Below, one piece after another: positions 39,826 through 53,635 of a stretch of DNA of 64,000 bases. Source of the stretch: Lama glama. Taxonomy: Eukaryota. Where the stretch lies: NCBI GenBank assembly GCA_028534125.1, contig CM052818.1:26166001-26230000 (forward strand), in the 5' to 3' direction. How positions within the stretch are numbered: position 1 is the stretch's first letter; each line of letters begins with the position of its first letter. A program made the translations under genes and the position numbers. Under the pieces are notes generated by a model, which did not search any database, had not been told where the DNA came from, and was given only the letters and a program-made list of their open reading frames with translations.

Positions 39826-40159
39826 TCGTCATGGACTGAATGTTTCTGTTCCTCCAAAATTCATATGTTGAATTCCTAATCCCCAGTGTGATGGTATTTG
39901 GAGGTGGGGCCTTTGGGAAGTAATTAGGTGAGGAGGCTGGAGCCCTCCAGAATGGGATGAACACCACTTTAAGAAAAGTAAGAGACCAGAGCTCTTTTTC
40001 TACCAGCTGACTGCAACCTGGAAAAGGACTCTTATCAGGACGCAACCATACTGGCACTATGATCTTTGATTTCCCATCTCTAGAACCATGAGAAATAAAT
40101 GTTTGCTATTTAAGCCATTCAGTCTATGGTAATTTGTGGTAGCCGCCCAAACTAGGACA
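39826..40159 (+). mobile_element. MaLR LTR (MLT1A/MST-like)
   Basis: atggactgaatgtt...ccaaaattcatatgttgaa...gtgatggtatttggaggtggggcctttggg...aaataaatgtt...aactaggaca. Confidence 0.85.
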
Positions 40160-42685
40160 TTTTCATTCCTCACAACTCCTACTTCAGTTACATGGGGTTC
40201 AGCCTTCTCTGCTCCCTCTGTAGAGCCTGAATCTCCGTATCAGAGCACTTACCCTGCAGAGGGCTTCCCCGTAGGAGTTTGCCATTATCTCTTGAGCCAC
40301 AGGGTATAAAATTATGGTGGGTCTATTGTGTTCAGGGTAGGCTAGGAATAGAGTTTAGGGAAAAGAGGAAAAATAATCCTGTGCTTAATATAAACAGGGT
40401 TTTTGTTTGTTTTATGTTTAAATTTTACAGGATCCTAGAGCACAAGAAAATTACCCTCAAAATTTCTGAAAAGATAACTATAAATAAATTGGACCTTCTA
40501 AGGGAAAAATGCTTTTTTGAAAAAGGCATGAGGATAAGTTTATCAGCTATTTCCACAAGACTAAGCAATAAATTATTGATCACATAAATACAATAAAATA
40601 GTTGAACCAATATTCCTGTACTGAACAAATCTTAAGCTATGTATAAAAGAAAAGTTAGCAACAGTATTTATGTAATATGATTTAGCAATTCAATATTGAA
40701 TCAATTTTCTAAAAATTGTCAGAAAAATTAAGTTTTTGTTCAGTGTCATTTTCAGAGAGACATATACTTTGCTTGATGAATACTAACCTTGATCAATGAT
40801 TATCAGCAGTTTTTCCGTAATGCTTCAAGGTAGGAATGAAGATTTTTCAGAAATTGCAGGAGATTTTGTAAGTCACATTCTTAGGCTGAGTTTCTGTAGT
40901 CAGCCTGTTTAAGGAACAGCTTTGGATACACTCTAAAATGGAACTCAACAAATTCAGAGCAAAAAGTCAGTTTGCCCGACCCTTCAGCATTCTTCCTTCA
41001 CTTGAGAGAAAATGTTCAGGGGCATCCTTGACAGTACATATCTCAACTTCACAAGCCAAGGTTATTTTCATTGTTTGTGGCAGATTGAAAAAAAAAGTTC
41101 CTCAGTTAGAAAAAATGCTGTCATACTATATGTATGTACAAATTAGCTAAGGGAATTGAATAGTATTAATTATATATAAAAGTTTGAACGAAAGATTTCA
41201 TTTAGGACTTGGGTGGTAAATCAACTTTGTCCAAGGTTCTGCTGGGAAAAATTGGGATTGGCAACTTGCCAGACCCACTGTCCTCAGACTAGCCAAAGAA
41301 AAGGTACTTTCCCTTTAGGAGCAATATCTCTTTCAAGAAATTGTTCAGTAGATGGAGGCAGCCTCTTGGTTAGCAAATCAATCCATAGAGAATGACTTTT
41401 CTGATGCAATAGAGACACATTAATTAATCAACCATTGTTAAAACTTCTTCCATTTCATAGAAGTTGTATTCCCATCTTTGTAATCAATCCATATGTTTGG
41501 ACTCTCATTCACAGAAGTGAATCTAGAAAAAGATGAAATTGAAATTCACCGCTGTAATAATTTTAGAAGAAAGCTTGTTTCATAAAGCAAGTGACTAAGC
41601 CATTTGTATTGTAATAAAAAATAATTGTAATTTGACTCTTGAGAACTGGGAACATACCTTACCATGAAAGTCACCCTATGTAAATTGTGGTTTGTTTCCT
41701 AAGCACCCCCCAAAATCCTTGGTAATCCATATGGTAATACACTCTATGATTTTTAGCTGAATTCTAACTCAGAACTGCTGATATCAGGAAATCATCTATT
41801 TGTTGCTATGGCCTTGGCTGCTTCCACTTAAAAAAAAAAAATATGGCTTTGACCTTGTCAGTTGCAGCAGCTAAAAACTGTCCAATGAGAAGAGATACCC
41901 ACCCTCCAGCTATGACGTCTGCTTACCAGCTAATGCAAAAAAACTCCTACCATCAGCCTCAGCCTCTGCCAGGTTTCCAGCATGAAAAGAATTACCCACT
42001 CAGCCATGGGGCTCTATGACTTTCTCACATGAAGCAAAACAACTCTTCCAATGCTCCTTAAAAAAAAAAAGAGAGAGAGAGACAATTCTGACAGTAATGA
42101 CATTTACTCTCTTAGTAGAAAACTCCCATTTCTCAAACAAAAAGGGGATGAGAGGAACTTAACTTTCTGGGCATAATGACTGGCTAGTCACTCATAGAAC
42201 ACAACTCAGGACCTGTCTGTATTTTGTAAATGAAAGATTGTTAACAAACTAGTTTGAATAATTTAGTCATTTACATACAGAAATTTTACACAGTGAGAAT
42301 AGCTTCAAATTTTTTTCATAAAGCATTTAACTGTGAGAATCCAACTTTAGACATAAAGGCACTTCCATTATTTTCTGCTGCTAAAAGTTTGTGATTATGC
42401 AGACATGACCATAATTAGGTATTACTATTTTCTCCTCTTCTTAATAAGGAGAATCTGTAAAGATCTTTCATCGAAATAATTTATTGCTACTGTGTCTTAG
42501 GTTTTGGCTTCAAAGGCATCAACCATCAAATAAAAAATGAAAATTTCAGTTGATCTAAATACTTCAAAATATTTTGGTACTGCCCATCATCTTGTCTAAA
42601 ACCCTGCCTCCCTTCTCATGTCTCATACCCTATCTCACACCCATCACTATCAAAAATTTCCTGACTTTCCTCCCACATATCAGCT

Positions 42686-43163
42686 TGTGAAGGAAAAGCC
42701 GGGGTGGTCTAACAAGATAACTTACAAGTCTAGGAATGTGAAGGAGAAACTGGACTGGTCTAACAAGATAACTTACAAATCTAAGTATTGGAATACTGAT
42801 CTGAGTTCTGCTGGACTAACTTGTAAATCTAAGTTAATTAGTGTTGGTTTGCTGTTCATGTTTTTTTCTAGCCAGCTGGGTTTTCAAAGATACATATCTG
42901 GCTTTGGAATGTTGGTTTGCTGCCTCCCTGCCTCCACTTTCGTGACGATAATGCTGCTAAAGCTGTTCCATGCCTATTGGCTGAATACCCCAAGCTTGTT
43001 CTTTACCCTATAAAACCTCATACAGTGAGAAAACAGTTCCCTCTCTTTCAGCAGGAGAGGAAAACATCCTTGTTTCTTCCAACTCTTCTGACAGGTGCAT
43101 TCCCAGCCCAGGGCCTGACTGGCAGCTCTTGAGCCATGTGTTTTAGCAAACCTTCATTTCACA
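42686..43163 (+). mobile_element. LTR-like element with a 51-bp tandem duplication at its 5' end
   Basis: TGTGA...TCACA ends, TATAAAA at about 43009, units 42686-42736 and 42737-42787. No clear TSD. Confidence 0.5.
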
Positions 43164-44474
43164 ATGTGAGATGAGGCAACGATCATATGAGCAGCTCCTG
43201 CTCTTTCGTTTTTTGCCAACAGGTTCAGTGCTGTCATCCAGATTAATCATTTATGTCACAATCGTTCTCTGCTTGCCAAATTCCTTTGCTCTGACCAGTT
43301 AATCCTCAGCATGTGTATAACCAGGGAACACACTCAAAGATTTCATGTGAGAGGTATGAGAATGTTTTCTGCCCCTTCATCAGACACATAGCAGTGCATT
43401 GGCAAGGAATATGGGCTCCTTCAATGTGATTTCATGTGTTTGTGTGTGGTTGTCACCCCAGCCTCTGAGATGGGCAGAGCACGGATTTTCATTTTCACTT
43501 TGCAGATGAGGAAACAGCCTGTCAGAGATGAAGTGTGACTTGTCCAGGCCACACAGTAACTGGGAGCTCAGCGCTCCTCACTCACAACGGAAGGCTCTTT
43601 CTTGCCTCTCTGCAGAAGCCTAGTTGCTGGTTGCATTTCTACTGCGTGTTAGCTGAGCTGGGAGAGCGAGCTTAGGCTCGGGCAACGAATGTGCAGAAAG
43701 GTAAGGCAGTGCTAGTTAATTTTTAGTGCACAAAACAAGAAGTTCATTGAGGTTTTCCTCTTGTGCATTATTTTACTTAGTAGGGAAAGAAAAGTTAAAA
43801 ATATTAAAGAATAAAAGTGCTACCCTTTATTACTAAGTGACTAGCAAAATACTAATTCAAACTTATGCTCAGAGGAGGCTCAGAATATTATCTAAAAGCA
43901 GAATTGATATGTTTGTGAGAACACATCAGACACTCCCTGGGGACTTCCGTAAATGCATGGGGCACCCTAATTTTTGAGAATCAAGATGCTGCATCAGCAA
44001 GTGGGGACAGAGAATCATCAAATGAATGCTAATATTAATGTGATGTTACTTATACTCACCATCTGGGGCACCTTGGTGAAATTTGGGTTATATTTAGGCT
44101 ATTATGTTGAGTCAGCAGATCTACTTCATTGTCCATATGGACTTACCAGGTCTGCCAGTGTCTTAAAATTCAGATAATGATGTGTTTTTCCCAGCCTGTG
44201 GGACTTACCACTTCTAAGTTCAGTGGTTAGAGTGCTTTTTCTTCCACTTTTGAATTCTGGATACGCAAGAAATTTCACTGGTGAAAGTCACATGCTCATT
44301 ATTAGCAGTTGTAAATCTCTAGATAAAGGATGTTGATATGAGAAAGAAGGGGGTGCATAGGAGGAATTAGATGTCTGAGACTATAGTTAATAGTTTTGTG
44401 GGTTTGTTTAGCCACATGCATTAAATGGAATGAGCTCTGAGAATTTTTGCCTGAAGGAGAAAATGGAAAATATG

Positions 44475-44900
44475 TATCACTCAGGAATGCTTCCAACTAC
44501 AGGTAACAACAACAAAATAATCCAACTAACAGTAGCTTAAAAAAAAGAAAAAGCCCAGTGGTTACTGGCATTGATTCATCAGTCGATGATGCCATCAAAG
44601 GCCAAGCTCCATCTTTCTGCTTTATTATCCACAACACTGGCTCTTGGTCCTAATGCTTGTCTTGCTCAAGGTGGGAAGAAGGGAGAGAGAGACATGGTGC
44701 CAGTTACCAGGAAAGAAAAGCTGCTCAGAAATGCTTGTGAAACTTAGTGGCCAAACATGGAACACATAGCCATTTCTAGCTGCAGGAGAAGCTGGGAAAG
44801 GGGGTATCCAGATTTCTGACCTCCAGGCTAGAAGAATGAAAGAGAGAAGGAGATTGGGAATGGTTTGGGGTTAATCAGCCAACAGGGTCTGCCACTCTGA
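44475..44900. mobile_element. Old MLT1-type LTR relic
   Basis: aactaacagtagcttaaa...tctagctgcaggagaagctgggaaa motifs. Confidence 0.5.
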
Positions 44901-45744
44901 CCAAGTGGAAGGTGGAATGAGTAACCAAGATCTAGATGCGGAACTCTGCAATACGCAGCAGTGGATTTTACTTTCCTCCTGTGTATACCAGATGTCTTCT
45001 CAGTCTCTCTCTTGTCTTGGTTCAATACTGTCTCAAGGTTTCACATCCTATAATAACATGTTAATGCAATTATTGTGAGATCTCTTGCACGGAAGAGTTT
45101 TAAAGCAATATCACTGTCTCTTCAATCACACTACCCTGATTTTTAGGTGCAATTTAATGCTTGATTTTCATACACTATGGATTCTAAGAATATCTTCACA
45201 GGAACTGCCAATTGCTGGCAGACTCAGGCAAGATTTCCTTCTGAAAAGAGGATTCTTATGTATTCTGTGACATATGTAAAAGCCTATGGTTTGATATGCC
45301 TTCAGCAGGATGGACGAGGTGGACTAGAAGAAAAAAGAACAGGAGAAGATAGTAACTAGGTGGTGAGCACTTTGAAAGAAGAGAGCTCTCAGGAACATTG
45401 CCTTGAGGGTTATAGAAGGTAGATGCAATAAAGCTATAAGGAAAAAAATTGGACCTGGAGAGTATGATTTTTTTTTAGAGGGGGGAGATATAATTTTTAA
45501 AACTAGAGTCAAAGCATTAGGAATTATTAAAGGTAAGCTAACATTTATTTTTTATTTTTAAATATTTAAAATAATTGTAATGAGTGTCCAATCATAGTAT
45601 CTGGATTCTAATATGCCTGATTTTCCCTATCCAATTTTTCTAGATTCTAGAAAGAATCATGGCAAGAAAATTACAATACAAACTAAAACATTTTTATTCC
45701 ATTTTCACAGCTTACAGGAATTAGTTCTGCCTTCTGTGACTTAA

Positions 45745-46240
45745 TTTATTGCTTGGATGTCTCTGACTACAAATAACAAAAAAACCTACGTGAAGTGTCT
45801 TAAACACTCAAAATTCTTATTATCTCATATCTTAAAACGTCTGAACATCAGATCAATCCAGCTTCCCTTCAGTATCATTAGGAGCCCAGACACTTTCCAT
45901 ATTTCCATCCTGCTACCCATAGCATATTGACTTTCATCCTAGGTTTGTATCCTCATGATTGCAAGATGGCTGCCACACCTCTAGGAATCATGCCCTCTCA
46001 CAACTGCTTTCAAAGGCAGGAAAGAAGAAGGAGGCTCTCCTCATGCATCTCTTTCTTTTTATGAGTGAGAAAGATTTCCCCAAATGTTCCTTATGTCTCA
46101 ATAGCTGTAACTGATTATCCTCGTGCCTTAGCTAAAAGGGAGCTATTTTAGGGAAAAAAACAAGTAACTGTCATTTGCAGCTTTGTTGTGAGAGGCAGCC
46201 TCTGTCAAACAGCAAAAACAGGGAGGGGAATGGCCATTGT
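45745..46240. mobile_element. Old MLT1-type LTR relic
   Basis: cctcatgattgcaagatggctgcc...caaaggcaggaaag motifs. Confidence 0.55.
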
Positions 46241-47777
46241 GCAGGGAACCTTGTGAGTAAGAAAACAAAATTACTTCATGAACAGAGTTGGTATCTTCCT
46301 CTAGATGTATCAACAAAAGTGAGTCAGATTTCTAAACCTGACTTCATATCAGAATAGTTCAGGTCCAGATATTTCCTGTCTTCCGAGAGTAATTCTAGCT
46401 AATTAACCGACTTCAGGAAATAGGATGCTGGTCATGAGCCTGAGGTAGTTCTCCTGCTAATATGCTTTTGCATTTTAAGGAGTAATGACTGCGTTAAAAA
46501 GGAGAATGTGTTCCAGCAACATACTATGTTGCCAGAAATATCATTAACAAGGGCCTAAATATTACAGGCAGTCAAGTATCCTTAATCCCTTAATTCTGGC
46601 TAGCAACGTGAGGGCAGAAATCAAAACTGTCTACCCAGGGTAATTCAGTTACTTCTAGATGTTAAGTCTGAGTCTTCCTCTCCCTGTTCGCTTTCTGTCT
46701 CTTTAGGATCTTGCTCTGTCTTCAGCTGCTGCCACCTTTGGTCATTTCCATGACGTTTAGTTTTAAGGCCTAGCACTATGTTTCTTTTGCGGCCCAACCA
46801 TAAGCTTTTTCTGGTCTCTGGCCCTCTCAGCACTCAGCCTTCCCCAACCCACTCCATCCCTAGGGATTTTAGAAACACTTGCCGGCTTTCCTACCTGGGC
46901 AGGGGGAGCAGAACTTTCTGAGAAAAACTGGCTATTCATAAAAATAACAGTGGCACAATTAAGCATAAATATCCAAAAAATGACGTCCTGACCACAAGAT
47001 TCTACAAAATCTCTAATTTCCTTAACAAACTTGCATGAAAGTCGCAATTATGATAGAGGAAAACAAGAAATCAGCATTTCTCCATGCATACAAGTACTGC
47101 TCTGGGACTGCAGAAAGAATTTGATCCTCTCTTCTTAGATAAGAGAACAGAGTCAGAGATAAGATAATGTTGCCTTGGGGGAAAATGTTTGCTTTAAGTG
47201 GTTTTCCTCCTGGGATCCTGACTGTTCTTTGGGGATTCAGCACTCAGGGCTGAACCAGTGTGGGTTTCTGTGTCAGTCAGCTCTACATATAAAGCACTCA
47301 CTTCTGAAATGAAGACCTATGAAATACTAAGTAACCCCACACCGAATTAGTGCCGTGGGCCCTGAGTGGCCTAGGGGCTGTGTAATGAAACTGTCATTTC
47401 TTGTTTTTTTTTGTTTGTTTGTTTGTTTGTTTTAAACATGGAAAGAAAAAGATGACTGATAAAGTTTCACCACAATATTTAAATGTTTCATGCAGTTTAA
47501 AGGAAGAGTTTTGAATGATGACAATCTACATATTTCAATACATACTGTTTTGAAAGTTAAAATTTAAGTTAAAAAGTTTCATATGGATATCAATTTATCA
47601 AGAATTTTCCTGTGGGTGCTGGCAGTGGGGATGGTTTTAGCCCGGGGCTGTCTTGATAGAGTAACTCTGGGAGGGACCCCTGGGCTGCTGTTTTGGCCTC
47701 TGAAATGGACCTACTTTGTGACCTCAAGCAAATCACCTTAAAAGATCTTTGTCATGGATGAGTCAAGGACCTAACCT

Positions 47778-49521
47778 TGCTGGAGGAATAACTCTCCCAG
47801 ACTTCAGACAATACTATAGAGCTACAGTCATCAAAACAGCATGGTATTGGTACAAAAACAGACATATAGACCAATGGAACAGACTAGAGAGCCCAGAAAT
47901 GAACCTACAAATTTTTGGTCAACTAATCTTCAACAAAGGAGGCAAGAATATACAATGGAATAAAGACAGTCTCTTCAGCAAATGGTGTTGGGAAAACTGG
48001 ACAACAACATGTAAAACAATGAAGCTAGAACACTCCCTTACACCATACACAAAAATAAACTCAAAATGGATCAAAGACTTAAACACAAGACAAGATACAA
48101 TAAACCTCCTACAGGAAAATATAGGCAAAACATTATCTGACATACATCTCAAAAATTTTCTCTTAGAAGAAATAAAAGCAAGAATAAACAAATGGGACCT
48201 AATTAAACTTACAAGCTTCTGCACAGCAAAGGAAACCATAAGTAAAACAAAATGACAACCTACGGAATGGGAGAAAATCTTTGCAAATGAAACCGACAAA
48301 GGCTTGATCTCCAGAATATATAAGCAGCTCATATGACTTAATAAGAAACANNNNNNNNNNNNNNNNNNNNNNNNNNNNNNNNNNNNNNNNNNNNNNNNNN
48401 NNNNNNNNNNNNNNNNNNNNNNNNNNNNNNNNNNNNNNNNNNNNNNNNNNNNNNNNNNNNNNNNNNNNNNNNNNNNNNNNNNNNNNNNNNNNNNNNNNNN
48501 NNNNNNNNNNNNNNNNNNNNNNNNNNNNNNNNNNNNNNNNNNNNNNNNNNNNNNNNNNNNNNNNNNNNNNNNNNNNNNNNNNNNNNNNNNNNNNNNNNNN
48601 NNNNNNNNNNNNNNNNNNNNNNNNNNNNNNNNNNNNNNNNNNNNNNNNNNNNNNNNNNNNNNNNNNNNNNNNNNNNNNNNNNNNNNNNNNNNNNNNNNNN
48701 NNNNNNNNNNNNNNNNNNNNNNNNNNNNNNNNNNNNNNNNNNNNNNNNNNNNNNNNNNNNNNNNNNNNNNNNNNNNNNNNNNNNNNNNNNNNNNNNNNNN
48801 NNNNNNNNNNNNNNNNNNNNNNNNNNNNNNNNNNNNNNNNNNNNNNNNNNAAACAGTATGGAGAGTCCTCAAAAGACTAGGAATAGACTCACCGTATGAC
48901 CCAGGAATCCCGCTCCGGGGCTTATATCCAGAAGGAACCCTACTTCAGGATGACACCTGCACCCTAATGTTCATAGCAGCACTATTTACAATAGCCAAGA
49001 CATGGAAACAGCCTAAATGTCCATCAACAGATAACTGGTTAAAGAAGATGTGGTATATTTATACAATGGAATACTATTCAGCCATAAAAACCGACAACAT
49101 AACACCATTTGCGGCAACATGGATGCTCCTGGAGAATGTCATTCTAAGTGAAGTAAGCCAGAAAGAGAAAGAAAAATACCATATGAGATCGCTCATATGT
49201 GGAATCTAAAAAACAAAAACAAAAACAAAAGCATAAATACAAAGCAGAAATAGACTCAGACATAGCATATAAACTTGTGGTTGCCAAGGGGGCAGAGGGT
49301 GGGAAGGGATAGATGGGATTTCAAAATTGTAGAATAGATAAACAAGATTATACTGCATAGCACAGGGAAATTTACACAAGATCTTATGGTAGCTCATAGA
49401 GAAAAAATGTGACAATGAATATATATATGTTCATGTGTAATTGAAATATTGTGCTCTACACTGGAATTTGACACAACATTGTAAAATGATTATAAACCAA
49501 TTAAAAAAAAGTTAAAAAAAA
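47778..49521 (+). mobile_element. Young 5'-truncated L1 (ORF2 C-terminus, 3' UTR, A tail) with TSD; interrupted by an assembly gap
   Basis: [24 protein letters not shown]...; MFIAALFTIAKTWKQPKCPS...CGI*. TSD aaggacctaacct (47765-47777) and aaggacctagcct (49522-49534). In-frame TGA at 48253-48255. Confidence 0.95.
48351..48850. other. Assembly gap (500 N)
   Basis: Run of n. Confidence 1.
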
Positions 49522-50259
49522 AAGGACCTAGCCTGGAAGTTCACTGAGCAATAAAGCAGACAGACATATTGGTTGCACAACTGCAGTATCTCAGAAGGGC
49601 GCTGCTGCAGAAACGACTCATATAACTGTCTTATGCACTGGTGAGCCTGGTGCTGACCCATCAGAGCTGGGAGAGGCCTCTTGAACCGTCCAGCCCAGCC
49701 CTTCCACCTGGCAGGTGAGAAGCCCAGAGAGAGGAAAATCACTCTTATTAGCAAGATCATATAGTCAATGAATGCAGGTTAGGCTCATACCTCAGCTCTT
49801 ATGGTTACTGTGAGGTTTTAATTTTCCCCAATGTCTAATTATGAATAAAGAGTTTACTTTATGATTAAATGCAAAGTGAGTGTGCACCCAGCACTTTGAG
49901 TAATACTCCAGGCTCTGTGTCCTAGAGAACAGAGGGATGACTTGAGGAAATGTCCCCAGTGAAGCAGGCAAAGGTTGCTTTGGGTATGAATTCTGGAGAG
50001 ACTAAGCAGGGCTTTTGGCTGACTTGACTGACAAGTGTGACCCCTGCTTGAAGATTCCAGCTGCTGGGCCAGAGTCATGATGGTGTTCGGAGGGGTTGGA
50101 ATGGAGTCAGGCTGGAGAGTGCTCTAGAGAGTTCCCAGGGAGCTGGCTGTTTAGAAAGGAGCCTTTGGGCAACATATGCTGCCCAGGGTCCCAAATGCCA
50201 CCACCCCAAAGATACAGCCCTTTGAGCCCTAAAAGGTCTAGACCTCAAAATAAATAATA

Positions 50260-50490
50260 AGAAATAATATTTATTTAGTAATTCTGTATGAAATGTGATA
50301 AGTACTTTTTTTCACGTTCTCATTTCATAATCATGGCAAACCTTGAGTTAAGTATCGTTAAGTGCCATCTTACAGATGAGGAAATTGAGGTTTAGAGACA
50401 CTAAAATAATGTCCCAAGACCACCCAGCATATAAGCAAGCAGAGATTCCAAATCCAATTCTTATTCTGAATTCACATTTTCAATCATCAT
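50260..50490 (-). mobile_element. MIR relic
   Basis: ccatcttacagatgaggaaattgagg core. Confidence 0.7.
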
Positions 50491-51699
50491 ACTTCACTGT
50501 CTTCATACTTCACTGGTGGGTTATGTCCTCCCAGGGAGGGAGCAGGGATTTATTCCTCTAGAGAAGTCAGTGGCCACGTACAATAACAGGGTCTAAATTC
50601 AGGATTCTCACAGGGACTGAGCTGTGGACAGACATGGGGCAAAGTGAGTGAGAACTCTGTACAGTTAAAATCTGCCACTGGGGTCTGGTCCAGGATCCTT
50701 CTTTGAGTTACACAAATTCCATGATTTTTCTTAGCAAATCTGCCCATTCCACGCTCAATGTCAGGAATCAGAAACTCTAATCATTTGAGGAGGGAAAAGA
50801 GACAAAGGAGGAGGAAGCAAGTTGGAGATGGGGGAGCAGCAGGCACTGGACACGTTCAATACAACCTCAGAACATTCATCTGCCTCAGGGCTGCAGTTCT
50901 CTGTGGCTTTGGGTCTTACCTTCTCTTCATCCCTGGTCTTGTGGAAGTCACAGGGCAGGACAGGATCATTCAGGAGAGCCCAGGACCAAGGGACTATGGA
51001 TGTCCATTCTGGCAGAAATTGAGACCAGCTAACGCAGGGCAGGTGTGTGTGGATGGTGGGTCCAGGTGGGGAGGCAGGATCCAGTCAGAGCATCTCTGTG
51101 GGCAAGGAGGTCCAAGTGGCACGAGTGTCTGGAGCAGGTAGGAGGGGTCTGTGGGTCCCTGAGATCATCTCTATCAGGAGAAGCACAGGTAAGTTTAAGA
51201 AAGTAAGCCAGGCAAGAGCACTTAGGACTTCAACAGAAATACTAGACAAGCTAGTGGGTTCTAGGTGCCATGTTTTGGCATCTAGCCCAACTGTGCAGTC
51301 CTCAGAGCCACCCCCACCCCGGACAGACCACTGATAGAATCTGTTCTCTTGCTCACCTTGGCTGGCTTACTCTGCTCAGGGTGGGAGGAAAAACTGGCCA
51401 CGAGAGGGCAGCAGGGAGCCACAGACGCCCTTAGATTCTTACAAAGGACTAAGTGCTCTGGGGTAGCCCAACTTAACTAGGTAGCAAATTACCTGGGCAA
51501 AATGACACGGATTCCTCAGCCCCACCCTGGACATTCTGATTCTGTAGCCTCGGTCGGGGCCGACAGTCTGTAGTTTTAATACACGGCCCGCATGATTCTA
51601 ATACAGCAGCTCCACAGCCGGATTTTGGGAATTGCTCCCCTAAAATATTCTGTATCTTCTATTGGGCTCCCTTAAACCAAGATGACAAATACTGTTGTT

Positions 51700-52760
51700 A
51701 GGAGAATAATATCTGTTAAAATATTTTATTGGAAAAATAGATCATATAACAATGAGTATGTAAAGCATATGCTCATTTCAAAGATGATAATAAAGCAAAT
51801 AACTATGCAAACACCTTTTAGGATAAAAAGAACTTTAGAACCCCCAGCAGTTTAGAAGCCCCTTGAGTGCCCCTCTCATCTCACATTCCCTCCTCCCCAG
51901 GGGTAACCTTAATCTTCAGGTTTGTGAGAATGGCCCCCTTCCTTTTCTTTAAAGCTTAGAACTTCTGATTTTTACCCCCAAATAGCATATTTTTAAACTT
52001 GGGGCTGATTTTGAATTTTAATAATTATTTTTTTCAACTAACAGTATATTTGTGAAATAAATCCATGTGAATGCATGTGTTTATAGTTCATTGCCTTGTA
52101 TGGATATGCCTACATGGATTTATCGCCTTTCTTGACGGACATTTAGGGAGCATCTAGGTTTGTTTGTTTGTTTGTTTTCCCCCCCTATTACCTATTAGGA
52201 ACAATGCTGCTATGAAAACTTCTACATCTGGAGAATTTTGCATGAGTTTTTCTAGGGCATATATCTAGGAGTAGAATTGCTGGGTTTTAGTGTATGCATA
52301 ATAAGCACTTACCATTAAAAAAAAAAACGACTGATAAGTTTGATCACATTAAAGTTAGGAACTTTTTAAAGACAGTGAAAAGACAAGCCACCCACTGGGA
52401 TAAGATTTTTGCAATACGTATAATTGATAAATGATGAATATCGAGAGAATATAAATCACCATGAATAAATAAGAAAAAGGCAGACAACCTAGTAGAAAAA
52501 TGGGCAAAAGTCACACGCACTTTTCAAACCAGTAAATCCAGAAGGCCATTACAAGTGTTCCAAGATGTTCGACCTCATTAGTTATCAGGGAAATGCAAAT
52601 TAAAGCCACCAGGTTATATCAGCACGTAGCTTACAAATTGGTCAAAATTTAAGAACCTGTCAATAACGAGTGTTGTTGAGGTTATGGGACAATAGAAACT
52701 TCTACACATTGCAAAGTAAATGGTATCATCACTTTGACACACTTCAACATTATCTAATCC
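51700..52760. mobile_element. Two L1ME-like fragments in opposite orientation (minus to about 52300, plus from about 52310)
   Basis: ctaggagtagaattgctggg (minus); gaaaaatgggcaaaag...agggaaatgcaaattaaa (plus). Confidence 0.65.
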
Positions 52761-53156
52761 TCTCGAGGCTCTGATATTAGAGGACAGGTTGAAGAATGCA
52801 GTGGAATCTGAGAAGCCAAGCGTCCAGCGCTGAGCTGGGGCTATGGAGGGAACTCGGGAAGGGGTCTATAGGAAGCTCTCGCCTTGGTGTAGCTGTGGCC
52901 TCTGTGGGCTCACAGCCAAGCATCTGACGGGAGGCCTAGGGCTGCAGTGGGGCCTGCAGTCTGACAGAGGAGCCAGTCGGGGAGCGGAGGAGAGCAAGGA
53001 CCATATGGGGCACTTTATCTTATCACAAAGACCCTCTGGGAGGAATAGCTCCTGCTTCACTTGCTCCTGTATCCCAAATCTTGTCTGAGTTCATCTTTTG
53101 ACCAGCTCTAACCAGGACATAAAGTAAAGGGGATTGTGGGAAATGTAGTTTCCATC

Positions 53157-53635
53157 TGTATTAGTTTCCTATTATTAATGTAACAAACCATAATACACTC
53201 AGTGGCTTAAAACAATGCAAATTTATTAGCTTGCCATTATGGAGTTCAGAAGTCCAAAACGGGTTTCACTTGGCTAAAATCAAGGTGTTGGCAGGACCTG
53301 ACTCCCTCTGGAGACTCTCAGGGAGAACCCGTTTCCTGGCCTTTTCCAGCTTCTAGGGGCTGCCTGATGCTTGGCTTGGAGCCCCTTCCTCCATCTTCAA
53401 AGCACACCACTCCAACCTCTGCTTCTGTTGGCACATCTCTCCTCTGACTCTGATCCTCCTGCCTCCCTCCTATAAGGAGGATGATCATATTAGGCCCACC
53501 TGGATAGTCCAGGGTCATCTCCCCATCCATCCTTAGTTGCATCTGCTATGACTCCTGCCAAGTAAGGAAACATATTCACAGGTTCCAGGGATTAGGACCT
53601 GGACATGTCTGGGGGGTCGTGACTCAGTCTACCAC
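53157..53635 (-). mobile_element. MaLR LTR (MLT1C/D-like)
   Basis: tgtattagtttcct...cagtggcttaaaacaa...caaggtgttggcagg...attcacaggttccagggattaggac...ctaccaca. Confidence 0.85.

Noticed and set aside
42686..42833. Repeat-spacer-like appearance (CRISPR-like array)
   Set aside because: Mammalian DNA, only 2-3 contiguous tandem units, no unique spacers and no cas genes.
47749..48255. 168-aa ORF as a host gene
   Set aside because: Fragment of L1 ORF2.
47919..48872. 317-aa minus-strand ORF
   Set aside because: Artefact of the N gap plus antisense L1 sequence.
53137..53149. ZNF143-like motif TGGGAAATGTAGT
   Set aside because: It sits in what looks like an old LTR relic far from any promoter; no other support.
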